Positions 25,391 to 35,678 of a stretch of 64,000 nucleotides of DNA are shown here, piece by piece. Position 1 is the first letter of the stretch. The number at the start of each line of letters is the position of its first letter. A program made the translations under genes and the position numbers. The DNA lies in assembly GCF_001194135.2 (NCBI RefSeq), contig NC_069008.1, positions 9,462,139-9,526,138 on the forward strand. The letters are read 5' to 3'. This DNA is from Octopus bimaculoides (lineage: Eukaryota). A model generated the notes under the pieces. The model saw only the letters and a program-made list of their open reading frames with translations, made no database searches and was not told the origin of the DNA.

Positions 25391-26199
25391 CCAGCTAAGC
25401 TGAGAAATTTCTCTAGTTTTAATCGCTAATCATTCATTCATCTAATTCGTAATTCTAACATGCTGTACTCTGATTTAAAATAACTTTCAATATTTGTAAT
25501 TCTTTAATTCTTAGAATAACTTTCAAAACTCATAATTCTTTAAATCTTTGCAATATTCTTTCCTTGTTTCATAACCTAAATGTTTCCATACTTTGCCATG
25601 ACTTCTTCAGCAATTTCTCCCTCTCTCTCTCTAAAATTCATAAATATTCTCACTTTGTTTTATAACTTGCATCTTTCTCATACTTGCCATGTTTTCCCCA
25701 GTAATAAAGTCTTTCATATCTCTCTTTCTCTTTCTCTCTGCTTCACTAATGTCTTACTGCTAGTTCCTGAGGTGATGCAAGACACCATGTCTACAATGCA
25801 CCCATCCACTCCTTCCCCCACCACCCATACTGGAAATCTATTCTCTTATACCAGAAATCCCTACAGGGCTCTGCCTAGTTTCTGTACCAGAAGACTTGCA
25901 TAGCTCCCCCATCCCACCCCACTCCCACCAGCAATCATCCACACTACTGTATGCATCAAAAGGAGATGTGTTAGTAAATTAACAAACCACCTACCTCTTT
26001 CTCTCGATATATAAAATGCTCATTTACTTAATTCAAACATTGACCTATTTATGCTTGCAGCAATAAAGCTTATATTTACAACACTCAATGCTTATATTTA
26101 CAATGCTTACATTACACTCACCCACAATAGGGGAAACAATTTTAACATGTTTGAATGATGGTAGGTTAAAGCGAGAACAACTGATGTGACATGCCTGTT

Positions 26200-26590
26200 A
26201 TCAGACGATCATTGAAACCTTCTTTTCAGGTGCTGAATATCATCTCTCCTTCCTATGTTCCCTCCCACATCCCTTTCCCAGTTTTTCAGAGTTGGCACTG
26301 TCAATGTAGGTACATTAAAAAGTAGGTCTAGTGAGATTGTTGCGAAGCTTGAACATGTTGATGTATGTTGCATTCAAGAGATAAGGTGGAGAGGAGCTTT
26401 AGCCAGGCTCCTCACAGGCAAGACACATAGGTATAAAATCTTCTGAGAAGGTAACAGTGACAGGATAGGTGATCTGAGCATACTTCTTGCAAAGGAATGG
26501 GGGGATAAGGTCATAGAGATAGTCAAAGTGTGCGATAGAGTACTAAAGCTCAGGATAGTTTTGCAGAACAGTATAGCAACAGTGTAATCC
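26200..26590 (+). mobile_element. RTE ORF2 N-terminus (start of the APE domain)
   Basis: FRVGTVNVGTLKSRSSEIV...VDVCCIQEIRWRG..ARLLTGK..RYKIF. Confidence 0.8.
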
Positions 26591-26599
26591 CTGGTAGGT

Positions 26600-27990
26600 C
26601 TATCCACAACAGCCTCCACCTCATGTGATACATCATAGAATGGGATGGGAATAGATCTAGCTTTGGAGGGACACTTGTCAAGTTGGACCAGGCCAAGGCA
26701 TAGCTTTCTGGTAGCTGTCCTAAAAGAGGTCAGTTTTGGTCCCATCTTCAAAGACTGGATCATCACAATATATAGTGGCATCTCTTCGGTAGTCAAATTA
26801 AATGGCCACTTCTTGGAATCTTTCAATATTGAATGCTAGATTTGCCATGCATGTCCCTTTTCCCCACTTTTCTGTTTTGGCATTAGAAACTGCAAAGGCT
26901 GAAGAGTTTGAGGGGTATTCCACTGGAACTACATTGCAAGAAAGCCATATCTGCATATATGAATGATGTTATTGTCAAGGTGTTGCACTCTTTGGAAATA
27001 GAAACAATCAATAACACTACACTAAAAGAATATCAGGTATGTACAAGAGCACACATAAATCAGAACAGATTGGTGGGTTTGCAGCCATGCTCTTTGAGAG
27101 GCAAGTCCATGTTGATTAACAACAATTTTTGTCACTGGACAGGTGGATAGGAACTGGGAAGAGGTCATGGTCAGTGTGGCCAATCTCATCCAGAAATGGG
27201 CCAAAAGGAAGTTGTCTCTGAGAGGTCAAGTGGAAGTAGCAAATGCATATATTGCCTCAGTAGTATACTACTGCCTAGCTGTCATACTTTGTCTCAAAAA
27301 GACTGACCAAACTGGAGCACTTGCTTATTCAATTCTTATGAAAGGTCAGGTTCTGCCAGTCAGAAAATCCACATCCTGTCAATATCCACTCCATGGTGGT
27401 CTTGGGATGCCATCCTTGATGATGCACCACCATGTGCTGAGGCTGACATACTTGCAGAAATATCTAAATCACTGTGATGGTGTGAATGACAGCAACAAAA
27501 ACAAGCGCCAACTGGTGTGGGCATCCTTCATGCAATACATCATTCCACAGCTCATCCCATTGACAGAGCTGTAGTCATGGGTCAAACATAGACCAAGAGT
27601 GAGTGTTCAGCATCTAGAATGTTGCCAAGCACTCACTGTATTGAACCAGCTGGACACAGCCATTAGTGGGAAAACAGTTCAAGATTTCTATAGGGGTCTA
27701 GTTGAGGGTATGAGTAATGATGACCTAGAATTGACCTAGGGCATCAACAAGAAAAGCCTGAATGGTCTCTTCCAGAGGACTTTCAAGTCAAAGACCATAC
27801 ACATAATTTCTCCAAAGATTTTTGGCATATCAGTGCTACAGTAAGGCATTACCTATTTGAGATAAGCTCTTCAGGCATGGAAGTACCAACAGCTGATCCT
27901 GCCCTTGGTCAATGCTTTGTGTGTTGTAGCTCATCCTTTCATATTGTCTTCCATGTTTTGAGCTCTTGTGGCCAATAAAAGTAATTATTA
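26600..27990 (+). mobile_element. Degenerate L1/Tx1-clade LINE (RT to 3' end)
   Basis: HSFLVAVLKEVSFGPIFKDWI..IYS, SAYMNDV (YADD-like), WAKRKLSLRGQVEVANAYIAS, HGGLGMP; 3' end TTGTGGCCAATAAAAG plus (ATT)n. Confidence 0.8.
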
Positions 27991-28274
27991 TTATTATTAC
28001 CATCATCATTATGGTAGTGATCTGGCAGACAACACACAAATCTAATCTGAATCCCAACCTTACAATATATGGGTAAAGCAAGTTTCTGAATTCATCTACC
28101 TCAGACACAAACACTCTTCCAAAAATGAAGGAACAATAGCTACAAACTATAGAATCAGACTTGATTGAGCAGCTTTAGATAAGAACCAAATTGTACTTAC
28201 TTCAAAACAGATCCCAAGTATCTCCAACACCTATATTCTTCCAGTAGCTTTATATGAGCTAGAATGTGTCATCT

Positions 28275-28505
28275 GGCGGTGAGCTGGCAGAAACGTTAGC
28301 ATGCCGGGCGAAATGCTTAGTGGTATTTTGCCTGCCGTTACATTCTGAGTTCAAATTCCGCCAAGGTCGACTTTGCCTTTCATCCTTTCGGGGTTGATAA
28401 ATTAAGTACCAGTTACACACTGGGGTCGATGTAATCGACTTAATCCCTTTGTCTGTCCTTGTTTGTCCCCTCTATGTTTAGCCCCTTGTGGGTAATAATG
28501 AAATT
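28275..28505 (+). mobile_element. Relatively young tRNA-derived SINE copy
   Basis: GGCGGTGAGCTGGCAGAAACGTTAGC (A-box-like) ... GAGTTCAAATTCC (B-box-like), followed by the family core. CpGs are retained. Confidence 0.75.
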
Positions 28506-28840
28506 AGAATGTGTCAGCTGGATTTCTATTGCACACCAGAAACTGAAAGTCTTTTAACACCAAACCCTCAAATCATCTCAGAATAACCAAATTACTACCA
28601 ATCATCTCTGACATTATAAATAAAGTACTCAAACTGGTTTGTTGTGTCAGCAAGGTCTGTTTGGAAGGCATGATCAACGGAAAGAGAAACAGAAACCAGT
28701 AACCGAAGAGATGGAGAGGTAACATCTCAGCATGGACAGGTCTTGAGTTAACCTGAATGCTCTTACCAAAGATCAAATACTATGGAGGCAAATAACTCAT
28801 GTCGGTGCACATTCTTCTGCAAGCAAAGATAGCAGGAAAT

Positions 28841-28849
28841 GATGATGAT

Positions 28850-28896
<47 letters not shown>

Positions 28897-28908
28897 TGAT
28901 GATGATGA
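28841..28908. repeat. (GAT)n/(GATGAC)n microsatellite
   Basis: Directly visible. Confidence 0.95.
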
Positions 28909-31242
28909 GCAGGCTGAATCAATACTTTAGAAAAAATACCCAGTGGCATTTTTTTGTGTTCCTTAAGTTCTGAGTTGAAATGCTGCTGTGGTTGACTTTT
29001 CCATGCATCTTTCTGGGGTTGGATAAGTAAGCACCAGTCGAGTATTGGGGTCAATGCAAGTGATTTACCCAAGGTGTGAAACAGCACACCTTGTGCCAAA
29101 ATTTGAAAACATGATTATTATTAAGGTAGTGAGCTGCCAAAAGCATTAGCATGTCAAGCAAAATGGTAAGCAGCTTTTCATCCGTTTTTATATTCTGAGT
29201 TCAAACTCCACCAAGATCACTTTGCCTTACACCCTTCTGGACTTGATAAAATAAAAGTACCAGTTCCTCTCCCAAAACTGCTGGCTTTATAGCCAAATTT
29301 GAAACCATTGTTATTATTATTATTATTATTATTGAGTAAGAGAGTAATATATGCCATCAAAGTGACACTGGGGTACAAATATACAAAGCACAATATACCC
29401 ATCATGACTACCCATCTAATATGGGTACACCAGGCACATGCATTACAACATGTGTGTGACATGATGATCTTATATCAAAATAAACAGAGTATGACCTTGC
29501 AAGTGGGACCAAGTTAAAATTTTCTTCAAGTGGAGTAGCCCATCCCACTCAAAAGGTCCTTGAATAAGGTTTGTTTAAAGATAATGAACAAAACACCCAA
29601 GTTTGCAGAGGTGAATTATTCAAACACAAAGAATTCTCCTCAACACATGGCTATCACTCATTTTATCATAGCAGTATCGCTAGGCACTTGTGTCTGATGG
29701 CTATTGTGTTTATTACAGGAACTAAATGTGAACACATATCTCTACTATGGATCTCTTAGAAAACAAACAGCCTACACATTCAAATGGTTAATGATGCTAC
29801 AATGATAAAACCCATCACTACTTTTAATGGATGCAATCAGCAAGTACTCCTAGCATAAATACAGTTTGGTTCACCCACCGCCAAATCCCTTTTCTCATAC
29901 TTGCACATCTTTTTCGAAAGGAAGTTTTACAGAGATATGTTTATGAAGAAATTTTTTTTTTCTTGTTTTTATTTTGGCTCATTTTTATCCTCTGCCACCC
30001 AAACTTTGTTACCACCAATTTCTGTACTATGTACATGTTTTCACATTTTACTTTTTTTACTTCTTCAAATTTATGTGTTTGAATCATCAACATTACATAA
30101 TCTACCCTCTCAAAAGCATATTTTTAAAAGTTATTTTTATATCATTTTAAAGAGACTATGTGAGAACAAAGAGACTGATACAAAACTGCCCCTGCTCCTA
30201 ACTATTTTATAATTTGTACCCACAAAAGTATATTTCTGTAAAATTCCAGGGGAACCACAGTCATGCCTAATTTCCACAACATAGTAGTAATCTACACCTT
30301 CCAAAACATATCCGAAACAATTTATGGGTCGTTCCATTCAAAATCAATGCAGATGATGAAGGTGACCAAAACTGATTTCTTTCAAACTTTGCATGCTAAA
30401 TGGCCTTTTATATAAAACCCTTAAATATGAAATATTTTTTACCTGACGCTAATATTTGCTGAGTTATGATCATTTGAAATTTTGAAAAAAGCGACATTTT
30501 TCGGTTACTCAATAACTTTGATAAGCCATATCTTGGCTACTATTTGAGCTAAAAAGCTCATTTTTTTTCTTTTAAAGCATTCAAATAGATCTACAGCTTT
30601 TGTTTTGTGTATTTTTTCCTCAAAGTAAAAATTTTAAAATATATCAAAATCAACAGATGACTTTGTTGAAATTTTTGGCCAAAAGTTTCAAGCACTTAAA
30701 GTACGTGATTTCATTGCAAAGGAACAATCTAATTGAAGGAGAAATCTTAAGATGCTGAACAAGGATTTTGTTGAAACAATGCCTAAGCCACTATCCATCC
30801 ATTTGTCTGTTATTATAAACAAAACCCACAAGAGTAAACAAGAGAGACAGAGACAGGCAGAAACAAGGAAAATGCCCCTTGTATTTTGAATACTATGCAA
30901 ATATTCTTTTAAAACACTTTTCATTTAATTTTTCAAAAATTTAATTGTTTTCCATACTTAGAGTTGAAAAAGTCTCAATGACTGAAACCGGTACTAAAAT
31001 GTTTTTTATGATAAAATTATTTCAGCATTTTCTACTTTGACTTTTTTCCCTGATATATATATATATACTGGAGTAAGCACATTTTCTAACAAAACTGGCC
31101 GATGAACGGGAACGTGAAACTCCAAGTAACAGTCTTTTTTTATATTTCTGNNNNNNNNNNNNNNNNNNNNNNNNNNNNNNNNNNNNNNNNNNNNNNNNNN
31201 NNNNNNNNNNNNNNNNNNNNNNNNNNNNNNNNNNNNNNNNNN

Positions 31243-31274
<32 letters not shown>

Positions 31275-31631
31275 CTTTTCCTTATTTAATTGAATGCTGG
31301 GAGAGACATTTTTTTTTAAAAGAGAAGATAGAAGGGACAGAGAAAAATACGTCCAGTCATTTAGATGTCCAAGCAGGAAAAGGAAAACAGTCATGTGAGG
31401 AAAAGAAGGATGGATGATGGTCACGTGTGAGCAGCAAGAGAGAGAGAAAAAAGGGAAAGGAGATAGATAGAAAATGGTGAAGGAGGGAGGGGGAGAAAGG
31501 GAATCAGAGAAGGATGGAGGAAGAAAACAGTACAGAGTAGAGAGCTGCACAAAAAATGGGTGAAGACAAACTTACTTGGGAATGGATGCATCACGCTCAA
31601 TTAAATAAATAAATAATACACATATATATAT

Positions 31632-32210
31632 AAAGGGTTAAAAATAGGTTGGATAAATTTTTCCGAATCATAGGCTTAAGCATTGTTTTTGATGATGAAT
31701 AACTAAAGCCAACTTATTGGATATTACCCTTAACTTATATAATGATTCATATTTCCCATACCATAAACTCTCAACTAATTTAGAATATATTAGCTCTTTC
31801 AGTAATCATTCAAAGGCTATTACAAGGAATTTAGTTAGAAATATTTCACTTAGACTTTCTAGATTATCTGCTAATGTTGATATCTTCAACAATAAAGCCA
31901 AATTTTATAACTCTGCCTTACTTAAAACAGGTTATAAAGAAAAAAATTACCTATATTAACTCTACTGACATTAATTCTACCCTATTAATCAGGACATGAA
32001 AACATGTCATTTCAGTAATAACAATATAAATTTTAGTTCGAATAACACTAAATCAAAAAATGTAACTTTGCAGTGTAAGGGAGATAACTGTTCTTTATAT
32101 CTTAATACATAATAAAAATAAGTCTAGGACTTTTAAAGATAATTACTATAACAAGGTGTGTCCTAGTGAAACTGTTTGGTTAGTAATTCCATATGGTAAG
32201 CAGATCAAAT
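31632..32210 (+). mobile_element. Truncated Penelope-like element fragment (RT thumb region), beginning at a TA run
   Basis: LDITLNLYNDSYFPYHK..TNLEYISSFSNHSK.I..NLV.NISLRLSRLSAN..IFN..A.FYNSAL.K.GY is homologous to 36870-37090. Confidence 0.8.
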
Positions 32211-32479
32211 TGTTCTTGTCTGCTCTGTAACGAAGAACTCTATCTCATCCTGTTCTCAGAGAATTCTCTTGTAAGCACATTTAAAGAACACGTTTATCAT
32301 TGTAAACATTGGCAAAAACATACCTTTAGTTCCTATAAGTAATTTCTACCAATTTATAAAATTCGACCTTTAACTGTCTTCTTACATTTCATTTCCACTA
32401 CTTATATCTATTTCCATGTTTTTAAGTTTTATTCCCTTTCATCTATCACTCTATATTTCTCCACTCTTAATGAGTGCAA

Positions 32480-33110
32480 GTGAGCCATCATCCATGTGAA
32501 CACATTTCTCTCCTATGACATCATGAGTCTCTCTCACACTGTCTTGCAACACGAAACACTTCAAGTCTTTGGTCCTCATGGCACAGAACATTGGCAAATT
32601 TTTTCTTATCTGCTTCCCCTCTAGCTAAATAAACCTGTCTCCTAGCTTCCCTTCTGGCATAAGATCATTTGCATCGCAGAACTCCAGCAGTCTGGTTCCC
32701 TCCTCATTGCAAGAACCAAAACCATAGCCACCATGTACGCCATGGAAGCCCCCTGCATGTTGTGCAACTTGTCCATTGAAGTCACCAGCCACAAAGAGAA
32801 GGTTCCTGTCATTCGTCAACGAGGTAGTCTGCAAGAGGATGTCATAAAATCGGTCTTTCTGCTCATCAGGTAACCCTGGTTGAGAGGCGTAGGCCGAGAT
32901 AATGGTTGCTAACCCATAATGAAACACTAATCTAAAGTATTCTGTCGCATACTCTGACTACCTTGATTATCTTATCAACCCATTTCTCCACAAGAAGTAT
33001 ACCCACGCCCCCGACCCTGTCAGTGTTCCCTGCCCAGAAAATCTTGTACCTGTGTTCTTTGCCATGAGGAACCTCCTCTCCACCTTACTTCTTGGAGGCA
33101 GCACAAATCA
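32480..33110 (-). mobile_element. Internally deleted RTE fragment (APE joined to the pre-RT linker)
   Basis: VDLCCLQEVRWRG, SAYASQPGLPDEQKDRFYD, AGDFNG, EEGTRLLEFCDANDLM, then a jump to the ..GEKCV..DDG region. Confidence 0.8.
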
Positions 33111-33779
33111 ACATATATGTATAATGTATATATATATATGTGTATATATAAATTTATATATGTATGTGTGTGTGTATATATATTGTTGTACTTGGGGATG
33201 GTCATGTTGCCAGTTTAGCCAATAAAAACACACGCACTATATATTTGGTGTTAATTTGCTTCAGCTTTATTTTATTTTTTACATTAATCATATTTCGTCA
33301 CACCTCTGTGACCTCATCAGTAGTCCTTTGCTTTCTTCTTTCTTATTTGTGCGTCTTTCCTTACTAACGATCAGCCATTTTGTATTTTGTATGTGTCTTT
33401 ATTTGCACAAGTGTATACCCCTATGTGTGTCTTATGTTTAGTAAGTGTGTATGGGGAGGAGTGCCTGTATTATCTGTATCCCATTGATACATGTTCGTTT
33501 AATGTTTTTATTTATTTTGTTCATGTGTTTATACCTACTTACTATTTTTTCTTTTCTTTCTTTTTTTTTTGTATTTAATTTGATTCAATTTTGTTAATGT
33601 ATGTAGTTATTTAATTGCATTTGTTTTTGTGTGTATTGTATTATATTTTGTTCATATTGTTATCAGTTTATGTATGTATACATACTCTTTTACTCTTTTA
33701 TTTGTTTCAGTCATTTGACTATGACCATGTTGGAGCACCGCCTTTAGTCGAACCACTAAGTTACAGGAATGTAAATGCA

Positions 33780-34332
33780 CAATATCAGTTTATGGGGATC
33801 TTATTCTGCCATATGTTGTAGTGTGTTGGGGGTGTGTGCTAGTGTTCCATTCCAGTTTCCTATTCAGGCTAAGTTTATCTTCTATTACGTGTAGCTTCTG
33901 TAATTTGTCTAAGCGTTGTGTTTGTTCTATGTGTGGACAAGATTTTAATGGCTATGTTGAGTGAGCCCCCGTGTTCCTGCTTGGTGTGCTGATACAGAAC
34001 TTCTCTTTCTTAAGTTCCCGCCAAGTTCATTTGCCCGCTCTCCTATGCTCCGTGCTGTTTCCCCTACGTACGTCGTTGTCTTGTTACTGCATCGTCCCTC
34101 TGCACATCTTATACTATAGACCACATTTCTGGCTTTACAGTTTGTTTGTGGGCTAAATCTACATACAGTACAGTTCCTATCAGTACAGGGGGTTCTACTG
34201 ATTAGGGATTTGATAGGGTTGCCTGGCCTTTCAACAACCTTAATTCTTAGCTTAAGTTTGTCTAGGGCCCGCTTTAGAAGTTCCCTAGACAAACTTAACC
34301 AAATTATTAAGGTTGTTGAAAGGCCAGGCAAC
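33780..34332 (-). mobile_element. 5'-truncated Penelope-like element (GIY-YIG endonuclease end) with a foldback at the truncation point
   Basis: C.DRNCTVC...NCKARNVVYSIRC...TTYVGETARSIGERANE (Cys linker plus GIY-YIG). Inverted duplication at 34218-34332. Confidence 0.8.
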
Positions 34333-34968
34333 ACATTTTTGTCTTCACGTGGGTCTTTATGTATTTCCAAAATACTGGTAGAATAGCCCCTCTTGTCTTC
34401 ATGCAGGCCCCTATGCCTTCATAATCCCAAACTAGAATACTCATCTATATAAGTCTAATTAACTGAGAAACACATTAAACACTTACACACAAATAGTCAC
34501 CCCGCAAACCCACTTTCCCCCAACATGCCATAATAATACACTTTGCACATACATAGGGCCCCTCCTAGCACTAAGAACTTCCTAAACTCTAGCAATAAGA
34601 CAATTATTAGCCATAACACATTTTGAAACCACTCAAAATTTGGTATGAGTTAGCTCCCTTGTCACCCTGTTAGAGTTCACCTTCACCTACACTGCCAGTG
34701 ACAACTCATCGTAAAATATAAAAAATTGAATATACACACACAAAAAAAAATGTGCTTAATTAAACTAGGAAACCTGCACCTACATAATACTCACCCTGCC
34801 CTAATTACCCAACGAAACTAACCAATTTACCACAAGCAAACCTCTACCCAGCGAATTTACCAGCGCAAGAACAAAAATTTAATGTAAGAATTACCACTTT
34901 TGTTCACATTACCATCACATATGTATCAATTATTTTTGCATCCTAACCGATGCATCTATCTATATTCA

Positions 34969-35017
34969 CATTCTGAAGAGATTTACTTAAACAAGTAAAT
35001 TGAAACGATCGTTAATG
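34969..35017 (+). ncRNA. Minimal type-I hammerhead ribozyme (PLE-type)
   Basis: CAUU-CUGAAGA-GAUUUACUU-aaac-AAGUAAAUU-GAAA-C-GAUC-G-UU|AAUG. Stem I is 4 bp, stem II 9 bp, stem III is the palindromic ACGAUCGU. Predicted cut after 35013. Confidence 0.75.
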
Positions 35018-35262
35018 CTACCTTCATCTCTGCTTTTACATTCTTTGTTATCTAATTAATTGAAGACATACCAGCGAAAACCACAACTTTCCCAATGTTA
35101 TTATATCCATTTTCTTCTATATAACCTAAACTTCGGTTTACCAAACGAACCACCTGCTACCATACAACCTTACAAAAGACTGTACCTACCTAGGAGCGAC
35201 TCTGGATTTAATTTCCCCTCTAACTGATACCTACACAATATATGTGTGTGTGTGTGTGTATG

Positions 35263-35315
<53 letters not shown>

Positions 35316-35359
35316 AACAATAAATGGAGCAAAACGCATATAAATAAAAGTTCCTTTAA

Positions 35360-35446
35360 TTCCTACATATGTTTCAAAATATATGTGCACTCTACTCCAA
35401 AGAAGTAAGAGCTGCTGGAATTCCACATATATTCCTCATCAGGGAA
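35360..35446 (-). ncRNA. Minimal type-I hammerhead ribozyme (PLE-type) in an inverted pseudo-LTR
   Basis: Minus strand: UUCC-CUGAUGA-GGAAUAUAUGUG..(loop)..CACAUAUAUUUU-GAAA-C-AUAU-G-UA|GGAA. Stem II is 12 bp with two G-U pairs next to the core. Predicted cut between 35364 and 35363. Confidence 0.72.
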
Positions 35447-35678
35447 CCAACATATAAGAGCAAGACAAATGCATAATGATGATGAGGTAACTTATGAGTT
35501 ATAATATTATATGACCAAGTAAGTGACCATTAGAAGAACGCTGGTTTACATAGTTATAATGGGAGGGGGGCTGTAAACGCTATACTAAAGGTTTAAACTG
35601 AGATAATACTAATATATACATAAACTAATATATTGTTACAGTCTTCACTATAGCCTGCTAATTTAATGGTTACCAATT

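Noticed and set aside
28275-28360. tRNA gene
   Set aside because: It has A/B-box-like motifs but no complete cloverleaf, and it continues into a SINE body found at many loci.
29400-31090. Possible additional repeats or exons
   Set aside because: The region looks like unclassified repeat sequence. I could not define termini, a family or a spliceable reading frame.
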